NCBI GenBank assembly: GCA_964415025.1
Contig: CAYPXF010000005.1
Coordinates: forward strand, 1,484-65,483
Reading direction: 5' to 3'
DNA from: an uncultured Gammaproteobacteria bacterium
GTDB lineage: Bacteria; Patescibacteriota; Patescibacteriia; UBA10025; JAHIVO01
DNA: 64,000 nucleotides
How positions within the stretch are numbered: the first letter of the stretch is position 1; each line of letters opens with the position of its first letter. Below are positions 45,729 through 54,566 of this stretch, piece after piece. The notes under the pieces were generated by a model. It did not search any database. It was not told where the DNA came from and saw only the letters and a list, made by a program, of their open reading frames with translations. A program made the translations under genes and the position numbers.

Positions 45729-46328
45729 TTATCTGAATGTGGGCACTGCCTGGGGCAGTGTTTTTATTATCTGCCGGGCAAACGGCTGCAGGTTTACCGG
45801 CAATTGACGGGAAAATCGGCTCGTGTCGGAAATTCTTGCATTGGTAATAAGAGCTGTTTTGCTTGTGCGAACAGCCATCAAGTACTGTACATCAGTGGTC
45901 GGTGATGTGCGCGGCGGCAGAATCTGGAATTCTTTGATTTTCATGAAGTTTGTTCCCTGCACTGAAACCAACAGGTGGCTGGGGGGATTGATCGGTGTTC
46001 CGTTTTCTATAGCCGGTATGGGTGTGGATTGGAATCGCAGGCAAAAATTCTGACCAGACAGATCAATCGGCATGATTGGCTCGAGCGCATTGCCATCCTG
46101 CCGTAGCAGTAATAGTTTGCGGCCGTGCACTGACCGTGCGTCGATAGCAAAAGCTATTTGTCGCGGCGGGCCAGCGCCGTTAATCGGAGCTGAGAACGTG
46201 AAGATAATCTCGTCGCCTTTTTTTTTCAATTCCTGCGGTGAAATAATTACCTGTCGGGATCCAGGCTCGTCCGTTTCGCCTGGTTGTTCATCAGAAAATA
46301 ATATAGCTCGAGAGGTAAGCTGCATCAA
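45729..46328 (-). CDS. hypothetical protein (199 aa)
   Basis: long ORF with its own downstream terminator; no recognisable motif. Confidence 0.5.
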   Translation of the reverse strand: MMQLTSRAILFSDEQPGETDEPGSRQVIISPQELKKKGDEIIFTFSAPINGAGPPRQIAFAIDARSVHGRKLLLLRQDGNALEPIMPIDLSGQNFCLRFQSTPIPAIENGTPINPPSHLLVSVQGTNFMKIKEFQILPPRTSPTTDVQYLMAVRTSKTALITNARISDTSRFSRQLPVNLQPFARQIIKTLPQAVPTFR

Positions 46329-46517
46329 AATGACCCTCCTTGGCGATCCTTCGCCAGTTGTGTGTTTGTATAAAGATCTCGAGGCGTGCTTGTCTTTATT
46401 GTACAGACATAGTAGCGATTATGTCAAAGTTCTGAAAAACTATACTGTATAACATGGTTATTTCATGAAGTCAAGGTAGTGTATTGCTAAAACCGTATTT
46501 TCACGCTATAAAGAGTA

Positions 46518-46590
46518 CATGGCTGATGATATTATTTTGGTTAATGCACAAGATAAACAAATTGGCACGGGTGAAAAAATGCCGGTGCTT
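46518..46590 (+). pseudogene. degenerate duplicate of the 5' end of idi (about 90% nt identity to 57992-58064; 1-nt insertion causes a frameshift)
   Basis: ATGGCTGATGATATTATTTTGGTTAATGCACAAGATAAACAAAATTGGCACGGGTGAAAAAATGCCGGTGC aligns with the intact idi start; identity stops exactly where a TTAGG array begins. Confidence 0.7.
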
Positions 46591-46596
46591 AAGTGA

Positions 46597-46630
46597 TTAG
46601 GTTTTAGGTGTTAAGAGGTTAGGTTTTCAG
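46597..46630 (+). repeat. TTAGGnn(n) degenerate heptamer/octamer tandem array, copy a
   Basis: gaTTAGGttTTAGGtgTTAAGaggTTAGGtt. Confidence 0.7.
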
Positions 46631-46664
46631 ACTAATAAAACCATTGAAATAGCGTCTAAATCTA

Positions 46665-46694
46665 CTGGAAAAATGGGGTGGTTTGGGGTATAAT
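46665..46694 (+). promoter_or_regulatory. repeated promoter module copy 1 (CTGGAA-18 nt-TATAAT within GGAAAAATGGGGTGGTTTGGGGTATAATA)
   Basis: near-identical 30-bp block also at 49469-49498; each lies ~30 nt upstream of a gene start. Confidence 0.5.
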
Positions 46695-46721
46695 AAGAAC
46701 ATAGATTAATAAAATAACACC

Positions 46722-47912
46722 ATGCAACAATTATTAAGAAGCATCCAGGAAATTGAAAAACTGGGCAACTATCCTTGTATCGATACCATTGAAGGTTCGC
46801 TGGGACCGAAGGTAAAAATTGACGGTGAAGATTATTATTTATTTTCTTCAAATGGGTATTTGGGGTTTTCAACTCATCCACAATGTAAAACCGCCGCAAT
46901 TAACGCGATAGAAAAGTATGGCACGGGTTCTGGTGCTTCGCGTGTTGTTTCGGGAACATATGATATACACACTAAACTTGAAGATGAGATAGCCAATTTC
47001 AAAGAAAAAGAGTCGGCCATGGTTTTGACCAGCGGATATTCGGCCAACGTAAGTCTGATACCAGTATTGGCAAACAGTTTTTCAATATTTAGCAAGAAGC
47101 CAGATTTTAAAACGATGATCTTTAGCGATGAATACAATCATGCGAGTATTATTGATGGTGTTAAATTGTCTGGATCGGCTGTTACAATATATCCGCATAA
47201 AGACATGAAGTTCTTAGAAGAAATGTTACAAAAGTATGATAGCTACCGGAAGCTCATTATTACGGATAGTATTTTTAGTATGGATGGGGACATAGCGCCT
47301 TTAGACAGAATAGTTGAACTGAAAAAAAAATATAATGCGATGCTATTAATAGATGAAGCGCACGCTACTGGCGTCATTGGTAAATACGGAAAGGGAGTTG
47401 CAAACTTTCTTAACGTGACTAAAGACGTGGATATCATAATGGGAACTTTCAGTAAGGCTTTTGGCTCTATTGGAGCATATATTGCCAGTAGTTGTGAAAT
47501 TATTAAATTACTAAAAGTTGCGGTAAGAGGGTATGTTTTTTCAACTGCACTCCCCCCCCCTGATCTGGCCGTTAGCCGAGAGTCTATAAAAATTTTGAAA
47601 GATAGTCCAGGTCTGGGCGATGAGCTTCAGAAAAAATCTACTTACCTTAGAGATTCTCTAAACAAAATAGGATTTTCGACACTTGGTAGCCAAACGCAAA
47701 TAATTCCTATTTTAATCGGAGACATTATGATAGCTTTGAAATTTCAAACTGAATTGAGGAAACGAAAAATTATCGCACCCTGCATCCAATGGCCAGCCGT
47801 ACCAAGGGATAAAAGTCGTATTAGATTCTCTGTCATGCTGACTCACTCAAAAGAGGATATAGAATACCTAATAAATTCATGCCAGAAGATTAAAAAAGAC
47901 CTACAAATATAA
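46722..47912 (+). CDS. PLP-dependent alpha-oxoamine synthase (BioF/Kbl/serine palmitoyltransferase family)
   Basis: 396 aa class II aminotransferase; PLP-lysine motif GTFSKAFGSIGAYIAS; family motifs DEAHATGVIG, SGYSANV. Confidence 0.8.
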   Translation: MQQLLRSIQEIEKLGNYPCIDTIEGSLGPKVKIDGEDYYLFSSNGYLGFSTHPQCKTAAINAIEKYGTGSGASRVVSGTYDIHTKLEDEIANFKEKESAMVLTSGYSANVSLIPVLANSFSIFSKKPDFKTMIFSDEYNHASIIDGVKLSGSAVTIYPHKDMKFLEEMLQKYDSYRKLIITDSIFSMDGDIAPLDRIVELKKKYNAMLLIDEAHATGVIGKYGKGVANFLNVTKDVDIIMGTFSKAFGSIGAYIASSCEIIKLLKVAVRGYVFSTALPPPDLAVSRESIKILKDSPGLGDELQKKSTYLRDSLNKIGFSTLGSQTQIIPILIGDIMIALKFQTELRKRKIIAPCIQWPAVPRDKSRIRFSVMLTHSKEDIEYLINSCQKIKKDLQI

Positions 47913-47927
47913 GAACCATTCAATATT

Positions 47928-49394
47928 ATGCTTGGCATCGCATTGTTATTAATCGGTATTGCTGAAATACTACTCAGCATTTTTGTATTAAAAAAGGGTT
48001 ATCAAAAAATTACTAATCTGTTATTCTTTTTCTTTGCTTTCATTACGGGTGTCTGGGTGATATCTAATTATTTAATTGGTGTTACCGAAAATATTTTCTG
48101 GCTAAAAATGGCTTACGCTCTTGGCGCGTTAATATATTCAGCCAGTTTTATTTGGTTATTAAATTTTTTATACCCAAAAATAAAAAAAACGTGGCTCTGG
48201 CTTATATTCATTATAGCTATTATCTTTTCAATTTTATCATTAACTGATGAGTTAATAATTAAAAAGGCAACAAAATTTTATTTTGGTGGTTTCGAGGGTG
48301 AATTCGGTATTTTATTTACACCCTATCTGATTTTTGCGGCATTAATGACGGTTTTAAATATTTGGTTTGTAGTCCGCGGGACTAAAATAAATATTGGCCA
48401 GAAAAAGCTACAGTTGAAATATATTACTATAGGTTTTGTAACCTTTGGGCTGGGCGCATCCTTGGCTTCATTTATTATCCCCAGCCTTGGCTATAAAGAA
48501 TTTATTCCTCTTGATTCAATATTTTCATTACCATTACTACTAGCAATTAGCTATGCCATTATTAAATATAGGTTTTTAGACATCCGCTTCATCCTCCGCA
48601 AATCCTTCATCTATGTTGGTCTTGCCGTATTCGTCTTCTTCGCCTACTACTTCGCCCTATGGCTGGATAATACTTTGTTTGGCGGGTCATACAGCATTGG
48701 CGGGTATCTTTCGGCCATTGCCATCGCCCCCCTTTTTCTCCTGGGGTTTGGCTATGTGAGCCGTTGGCTCAAGCATATCGCCAACAAATACTTTTTCACC
48801 GGTCTGTATGATTATCAGGAAGTATTAGAAACCTTCGCCAAGAGAATATCCCAGACCATTGAGCTGGATGAGGCGGTGAATGTAGTAGTAGAAACCATCC
48901 AGGGTGCCATGCGGGTAGATAACATAGCCATTGCCTTGTCAGATCCATCACATAAGATGCCCTTCCTTCTTCACAGAGTCATCGGTTTTAATAAGGAGGA
49001 ATTGGAAAATATCTGTGACCGCCAGACATTCTGCTCCTACCTCCAATCAGCCAAAAAACCAATTGTCATAGACGAACTTTTATCTGCCTCAGAAACAAAA
49101 GATAATCCCCACCTTATAAAAGACGCTAAATATCTCAAAGACCTGGGCGTGGCATTAATCCTACCCTTGGTGGTCCAAGATAATGTTAACAGCGTCTGTA
49201 TTGTAGGCAGGAAAATAACCAAAGAAGCCTATACCAAAGAAGACATTGATCTATTAACCACTCTTTCCAACCAAGCCTCGGTGGCCATTGAAAACGCCCG
49301 TCTGTATCAAGAAGTGCAGGATTTCAACCAGAACCTCCAGCAAAAAGTGGAAGACCAGACTAGGGACATCAAAGAGGCTTGTTTAGTATATTAG
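47928..49394 (+). CDS. truncated sensor histidine-kinase paralog: 6-TM sensor + GAF domain, no HisKA/HATPase
   Basis: 488 aa; the last ~265 aa are identical to residues ~225-490 of the full kinase at 51019; the ORF stops with the TAG of the first TTAGG repeat. Confidence 0.7.
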   Translation: MLGIALLLIGIAEILLSIFVLKKGYQKITNLLFFFFAFITGVWVISNYLIGVTENIFWLKMAYALGALIYSASFIWLLNFLYPKIKKTWLWLIFIIAIIFSILSLTDELIIKKATKFYFGGFEGEFGILFTPYLIFAALMTVLNIWFVVRGTKINIGQKKLQLKYITIGFVTFGLGASLASFIIPSLGYKEFIPLDSIFSLPLLLAISYAIIKYRFLDIRFILRKSFIYVGLAVFVFFAYYFALWLDNTLFGGSYSIGGYLSAIAIAPLFLLGFGYVSRWLKHIANKYFFTGLYDYQEVLETFAKRISQTIELDEAVNVVVETIQGAMRVDNIAIALSDPSHKMPFLLHRVIGFNKEELENICDRQTFCSYLQSAKKPIVIDELLSASETKDNPHLIKDAKYLKDLGVALILPLVVQDNVNSVCIVGRKITKEAYTKEDIDLLTTLSNQASVAIENARLYQEVQDFNQNLQQKVEDQTRDIKEACLVY

Positions 49395-49445
49395 GATATT
49401 AGGTTTTTGTGGTTAGTGTGCTTGGAAGTTAGTTGGTAGGTAAAC
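49391..49445 (+). repeat. TTAGGnn(n) tandem array, copy b
   Basis: aTTAGGataTTAGGtttttgtggTTAGtgtgcTTGGaagTTAGttggTAGGtaaa. Confidence 0.7.
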
Positions 49446-49468
49446 TAGTGAAATATAGCCTAATTATA

Positions 49469-49498
49469 TTGGAAAAATGGGGTTGCTTGGGGTATAAT
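49469..49498 (+). promoter_or_regulatory. repeated promoter module copy 2 (TTGGAA-18 nt-TATAAT)
   Basis: GGAAAAATGGGGTTGCTTGGGGTATAATA. Confidence 0.5.
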
Positions 49499-49525
49499 AG
49501 GGGTACTATAGAATAAATCAACGTT

Positions 49526-50353
49526 ATGTTTAAAGATTACTATATTAAACAATTAAGAATAAGAGGAAATGGAAAGTATAAATTGTTTGTACTGGAAAGC
49601 TTTAATGAATCAAAGAAACTATACAATATCCGAAATTTTATTTTACAAAATATTGATCAAATAATTAATGAGGGTTGGGGGAAATTTAGTAAAGATTTTA
49701 TTAGAAAACATATTATTTTTGCCAAGCGATTACTGGTATTAAGAAATGGGGAAAAAATTATAGCTATTGCCGCAGCTAGTGAAAAAAAAATCATTAATAA
49801 GGCTATGCTTTATTTAGAATTTACTGTAGTTCACCCCAACTTTAGGGGATTTAATCTTCTTTCTAAATTAAACTATATTTTGATTAGAGATGCTTTTCTA
49901 GGTAATTTATTTGTTAAGGGGGGGGGATTAAGTCTAGAAGTAATAACAATTACGCCCAATATGAGAGTGCTGGCGACTTTAGCAAAGGTCGCTAGTTTTA
50001 TTTACCCGAACCCTTTTGAGGCAGATGATAACGGTCGAATCTCGCAGGCAGATGATACAACATATAAAATTGCACAGGAAATTATTACGACGAGTGATGA
50101 TCCGAGTAGGCAAATTGAACGAGAGGGCCTAGTTCTTAAAGGTTCGTACAGAAATACCCCATGGCTTATACACGATCAGCCCCTACGACATTATAACGAA
50201 AATATAAATTTATTTTGTAAAAAATATATTGAATATGATAAAAGGAGCGATAAAGAATTCATTATTAGAGCAATAATTACTCCTAAAAGTTTTTTAAAAT
50301 TATTTTATAAGGTTTTCAAAAGACGCTTGTCTAATGGTAATGGGGAAAAATAA
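49526..50353 (+). CDS. hypothetical protein, possibly a GNAT-fold acyltransferase
   Basis: 275 aa; weak GNAT motif-A-like block VVHPNFRGFNLLSKL. Confidence 0.4.
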   Translation: MFKDYYIKQLRIRGNGKYKLFVLESFNESKKLYNIRNFILQNIDQIINEGWGKFSKDFIRKHIIFAKRLLVLRNGEKIIAIAAASEKKIINKAMLYLEFTVVHPNFRGFNLLSKLNYILIRDAFLGNLFVKGGGLSLEVITITPNMRVLATLAKVASFIYPNPFEADDNGRISQADDTTYKIAQEIITTSDDPSRQIEREGLVLKGSYRNTPWLIHDQPLRHYNENINLFCKKYIEYDKRSDKEFIIRAIITPKSFLKLFYKVFKRRLSNGNGEK

Positions 50354-50367
50354 TACTACGCTAAACT

Positions 50368-51009
50368 ATGAATAAAAAAAATTCTATAGAAAAAATAAGT
50401 GAGCAACAATTTGACAAGTGGGCGGTTAAATATGAAAAAGGTGTTTGGAATAAATATTTTACAAAAAGCATAAAACATGCAGTGCAATTAGCGAACATTC
50501 AAAAAACATCCAAGGTACTTGATTTGGGCTGTGGCACAGGCAAATTGAGTATTTTGTTAACAGAAAATCCATTTATAGAGCAGATAATTGGAATGGATAT
50601 TTCACAAAATATGATAAGGCAGGCAAAGTACAAACAGAAATATTTTAGACTTGGTGATAAAGTAAATTTTATGGTTGGAAATTCAAATAATCTTAATTTT
50701 GATAATGGCTACTTTGATTATGTATTCTGTCTTAATTCATTTCATCATTATCCCAGTCAAAGCAAAGTACTGGAAGAGGTTTTTAGAGTAATGAAAAGTG
50801 GAGGTCGGTTTATACTCCTGGATCCTTTTAGGGATAATATTTTACGAAAAACGTGGGCCGTGGCTTTAAAGAAAATTTTCAATGAAGATTACGCAGATTA
50901 CCAGACAAAGTCTGCTATTCAAGAAATGTTATTAAATTGTGGATTTCATAATTTACACCAAGAAACTTATTTATACTTTACATTGTTTACTATATCTGAA
51001 AAAAATTAA
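50368..51009 (+). CDS. class I SAM-dependent methyltransferase
   Basis: motif I VLDLGCGTGKLS; motif post-I GMDIS; Rossmann-fold spacing. Confidence 0.8.
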   Translation: MNKKNSIEKISEQQFDKWAVKYEKGVWNKYFTKSIKHAVQLANIQKTSKVLDLGCGTGKLSILLTENPFIEQIIGMDISQNMIRQAKYKQKYFRLGDKVNFMVGNSNNLNFDNGYFDYVFCLNSFHHYPSQSKVLEEVFRVMKSGGRFILLDPFRDNILRKTWAVALKKIFNEDYADYQTKSAIQEMLLNCGFHNLHQETYLYFTLFTISEKN

Positions 51010-51018
51010 AATAAGCTT

Positions 51019-53262
51019 ATGGATATCTCTATTTTAATATTAGTCAGCGTCACTAATTTGACACTTGGTTATTTAACGATTCATCAAGGCATTAAAAAGA
51101 AAATAAATCTTATTTTTTTTCTCCTTACATTATTTATTATCCAGTGGTCGGTTTTTAATTATTTTGGCGATTATTTTGCCGAGGTCAGTATAAATGAAAA
51201 AGTTTCAACAATTTATACCAGACTAACATATTTAGCCAGCTCGATTATTGCTGGTCTTTTCTTTGTTTTTGTTATTTTTTTTCCACGACAGCGGAAAAAA
51301 CTTTCAAAGATGCTTACATCAGGATTAATAATTGCTAGCATTGTTGTTATTACATTATCATTCACCACCCACATGGTAGAAAAAGTTAACGTTGTTGACA
51401 GTCAAGTAAATGTTAGTACGGGGTCTTTATTTTTTATATTTATTATCTATTTCGCCGTATTAATGGTTTCTTCTTTTGTTATTCTTATCAGAAAATATAT
51501 TTTATCCGAGGGAATAGAAAAAATACAAATCCGCTATTTTTTCTTAGGAACGTTTTTAGCAACATTGTTTGCGTCAATAACTAATATTTTTATCCCTCTC
51601 TTGACAGGCAGTTTTCAGGCATCGCGATTTGGACCGTATTTCACATTATTTTTCGTTGCCTTCACCGCCTACGCCATCATCAAACACCGCTTTCTCGACA
51701 TCCGCTTCATCCTTCGCAAATCCTTCATCTACGTAGGATTGGCAGTTTTCGTCTCCTTCGCCTACTACTTCGCCCTATGGCTGGATAATACTTTGTTTGG
51801 CGGGTCATACAGCATTGGCGGGTATCTTTCGGCCATTGCCATCGCCCCCCTTTTTCTCCTGGGGTTTGGCTATGTGAGCCGTTGGCTCAAGCATATCGCC
51901 AACAAATACTTTTTCACCGGTCTGTATGATTATCAGGAAGTATTAGAAACCTTCGCCAAGAGAATATCCCAGACCATTGAGCTGGATGAGGCGGTGAATG
52001 TAGTAGTAGAAACCATCCAGGGTGCCATGCGGGTAGATAACATAGCCATTGCCTTGTCAGATCCATCACATAAGATGCCCTTCCTTCTTCACAGAGTCAT
52101 CGGTTTTAATAAGGAGGAATTGGAAAATATCTGTGACCGCCAGACATTCTGCTCCTACCTCCAATCAGCCAAAAAACCAATTGTCATAGACGAACTTTTA
52201 TCTGCCTCAGAAACAAAAGATAATCCCCACCTTATAAAAGACGCTAAATATCTCAAAGACCTGGGCGTGGCATTAATCCTACCCTTGGTGGTCCAAGATA
52301 ATGTTAACAGCGTCTGTATTGTAGGCAGGAAAATAACCAAAGAAGCCTATACCAAAGAAGACATTGATCTATTAACCACTCTTTCCAACCAAGCCTCGGT
52401 GGCCATTGAAAACGCCCGTCTGTATCAAGAAGTGCAGGATTTCAACCAGAACCTCCAGCAAAAAGTGGAAGACCAAACCAGGGACATCAAAGAGGCCAAC
52501 AAACGACTGGAAAAACTCCTGCAGATCCGTTCGGAATTTCTGGATATTGCCAGCCATCAATTAAGAACTCCTGTCTCCATGATCCGCGGGGTATTGTCCA
52601 TGATTAGGGAAGGGGATCTGGAAAAATTACCTAAAGCCAAACAGAAAAAATTTATTGAAAATGCTTGGGAAAAAGGGGCCAAGCTGGATACCATTATCAA
52701 CGACATCCTGGCCGCTTCGGAATTGGACACCCAGAAATTTCAGGTAGAGAAAGACACCCCGGCTATTCAGTTGGAAGACGTGGTTGATCAAGTGGTCAAA
52801 GAATCCCAGATGGAAGCGGAGCAGAGGAAGATAGAATTAAAATGGTACAAACCTAAAACCATTCTTCCCAAAATTCAAGGACATACCAAATTTTTAAATG
52901 AGGCCATTTCCAATCTGGTTAGTAATGCCTTGAAATATACCCCTTCAACTGAGATGGTAAAAGAGGCCAGAACTCAGCGTAAACAAAAAGGCGTGGTAGA
53001 AGTAGAGGTTGAGCAAAAGGATAATAATGTTGTGGTCAAAGTTAAAGATAACGGCATCGGCATTCCCAAAGATGAAATAAAAAATCTGTTCGACAAGTTC
53101 GCTCGTGCCTCCAATGCCACGGCCATGTATACGGACGGCTCGGGTCTCGGACTATTCATCGTTAAAGAGATCGTTGAAGGGCACAAAGGAAAAGTCTGGG
53201 TGGAGAGTGAGGAGGGTAAGGGGTCAACATTTTATGTTAGTTTGCCGGTGGCGAATGATTAG
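51019..53262 (+). CDS. sensor histidine kinase (7-TM sensor, GAF, HisKA, HATPase_c)
   Basis: 747 aa; H-box SHQLRTPVS, N-box NLVSNALKYT, G-boxes DNGIGIP and GSGLGL; the stop TAG is part of a TTAGG repeat. Confidence 0.9.
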   Translation: MDISILILVSVTNLTLGYLTIHQGIKKKINLIFFLLTLFIIQWSVFNYFGDYFAEVSINEKVSTIYTRLTYLASSIIAGLFFVFVIFFPRQRKKLSKMLTSGLIIASIVVITLSFTTHMVEKVNVVDSQVNVSTGSLFFIFIIYFAVLMVSSFVILIRKYILSEGIEKIQIRYFFLGTFLATLFASITNIFIPLLTGSFQASRFGPYFTLFFVAFTAYAIIKHRFLDIRFILRKSFIYVGLAVFVSFAYYFALWLDNTLFGGSYSIGGYLSAIAIAPLFLLGFGYVSRWLKHIANKYFFTGLYDYQEVLETFAKRISQTIELDEAVNVVVETIQGAMRVDNIAIALSDPSHKMPFLLHRVIGFNKEELENICDRQTFCSYLQSAKKPIVIDELLSASETKDNPHLIKDAKYLKDLGVALILPLVVQDNVNSVCIVGRKITKEAYTKEDIDLLTTLSNQASVAIENARLYQEVQDFNQNLQQKVEDQTRDIKEANKRLEKLLQIRSEFLDIASHQLRTPVSMIRGVLSMIREGDLEKLPKAKQKKFIENAWEKGAKLDTIINDILAASELDTQKFQVEKDTPAIQLEDVVDQVVKESQMEAEQRKIELKWYKPKTILPKIQGHTKFLNEAISNLVSNALKYTPSTEMVKEARTQRKQKGVVEVEVEQKDNNVVVKVKDNGIGIPKDEIKNLFDKFARASNATAMYTDGSGLGLFIVKEIVEGHKGKVWVESEEGKGSTFYVSLPVAND

Positions 53263-53315
53263 GCAGTTAGGTCTTAGTAATTTGGTAATAGGTTCAGAAA
53301 TTTGAAATTAGGTAT
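53259..53315 (+). repeat. TTAGGnn(n) tandem array, copy c
   Basis: gaTTAGGcagTTAGGtcTTAGtaatttggtaaTAGGttcagaaatttgaaaTTAGGta. Confidence 0.7.
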
Positions 53316-53360
53316 TACTAAAATAAAAAATAAATAAAAATACTAAATTATTATGAATTT

Positions 53361-53507
53361 ATGGCTTTAATTAAAAAAGATTCAAAAACACTGGTTGATT
53401 ATATCAAAACTGAGATTGAACAGGCAGTAAGTAATGAAATCAAGCCTCTGTGTCAAGATATTAATGCGCATCAGAGCTCGGTGGATAAATATATTAAACA
53501 AACATAG
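53361..53507 (+). CDS. possible 48-aa small protein
   Basis: ATG-to-TAG ORF in an otherwise gene-free 260-nt gap; no RBS; below the ORF-track cutoff. Confidence 0.2.
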   Translation: MALIKKDSKTLVDYIKTEIEQAVSNEIKPLCQDINAHQSSVDKYIKQT

Positions 53508-53580
53508 GATTGGCATCAAGAGTTTATTGTTAGTAAAGGCATAGCCACTGAAAAAAAACTCTAACCATAAAATTTCAACA

Positions 53581-53985
53581 ATGAAATTGAATAAAAAATC
53601 ATCTGATAAATTATGGGGTGAAACAGGCCCCTATTCACAAGTCAATCTTATCATGCAAGAAAGAATTCTTGATGATAAGGTAAGTCGCGTTTTCGCTATA
53701 GTTGAGGTGGAAATAAATCCATTGACTTTTGAAATTATCAAACAAAACAGGAAGGCGGACATTTTTAAAAATGACATAAAGATTCAACAATTGCTTGACA
53801 CCGCGGAATATAGAGGCATTGCCTTTGGTTATGTATCGTCAGCTTATGAAAAACAGTTAACTGGCCCAGAGATTATGAAAGAAGCGGAAAAGAGCCTTGA
53901 TTATACACGGAAAACCGTTATTAAGATGCATAAATTTGTGATGGATTTGTTGGATGTAGACAACAAAAAGCAAAAAGATAGATAG
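53581..53985 (+). CDS. hypothetical protein (134 aa)
   Basis: ORF only. Confidence 0.5.
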   Translation: MKLNKKSSDKLWGETGPYSQVNLIMQERILDDKVSRVFAIVEVEINPLTFEIIKQNRKADIFKNDIKIQQLLDTAEYRGIAFGYVSSAYEKQLTGPEIMKEAEKSLDYTRKTVIKMHKFVMDLLDVDNKKQKDR

Positions 53986-54002
53986 AATTAACTAACGATC
54001 AT

Positions 54003-54060
54003 AACCTATTAACCTAAAACCTACCCCCTATAACCTAATCGCCTAATCCCTAAAACCTAA
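54003..54060 (-). repeat. TTAGGnn(n) tandem array, copy d (inverted, reads CCTAA on plus), abutting the start codon of the REC gene
   Basis: aaCCTAttaaCCTAAaaCCTAcccCCTAtaaCCTAAtcgCCTAAtcCCTAAaaCCTAATG. Confidence 0.7.
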
Positions 54061-54437
54061 TGACTACAAAACCTAAAATACTTTTAATCGAAGACGATTC
54101 GGATCAAATATTTCTCTACCAAAGCAAATTTGAAATTGAGGGATTTGATTTTATTTCCAGTCGGGATGGTGATGCAGGCATTACCAAGGCCAAATCAGAA
54201 AAACCCGATTGCATCCTGTTGGACTTGGTGTTGATTAATGAAAGCGGAATTGAAGTGTTAGAAAAAATAAAAAAAGACCAAAATATTAAACATATACCGG
54301 TTATTATTCTCACCAATTTGGTGCAAAAAGATAACGAGCAAAAAGCTATAGAGTTAGGAGCCGCTGATTTTCTTATCAAAACAAATATGATGCCGTCGGA
54401 TGTGGTGAAGAGAGTTAGGAAGTTGTTAAAAATATAG
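54060..54437 (+). CDS. stand-alone REC-domain response regulator
   Basis: 125 aa; KILLIEDDSDQIFLY...LLDLVLINESGIEVL...ILTNLVQKDN. Confidence 0.8.
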   Translation: MTTKPKILLIEDDSDQIFLYQSKFEIEGFDFISSRDGDAGITKAKSEKPDCILLDLVLINESGIEVLEKIKKDQNIKHIPVIILTNLVQKDNEQKAIELGAADFLIKTNMMPSDVVKRVRKLLKI

Positions 54438-54566
54438 TTAAGGTAGCTTGTTATTAAGCTATGATTTTTTGTATGATTAAATTTATATTTGAAGTGTTTG
54501 ACATTATTATATTAATAATGTATAATGGAAGTAAGATAAAGTATTACTTCCATCAAATATATCTTT

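Noticed and set aside
45506-46328. Integrase-bearing integrative element at the tRNA-Pro 3' end
   Set aside because: No recombinase-like ORF is present on either side of the tRNA. The island boundary instead coincides with the idi-fragment repeat ~900 bp away.
49037-49222. Identical 61-aa minus-strand ORFs at 49037-49222 and 52155-52340
   Set aside because: They are antisense by-products of the duplicated kinase segment. Their identity only reflects the nucleotide repeat.
46597-54060. CRISPR array interpretation of the TTAGG repeat loci
   Set aside because: The units are 7-8 bp and degenerate, with no regular spacers of 25-40 bp and no cas genes. These are microsatellite-like repeats, not CRISPR.
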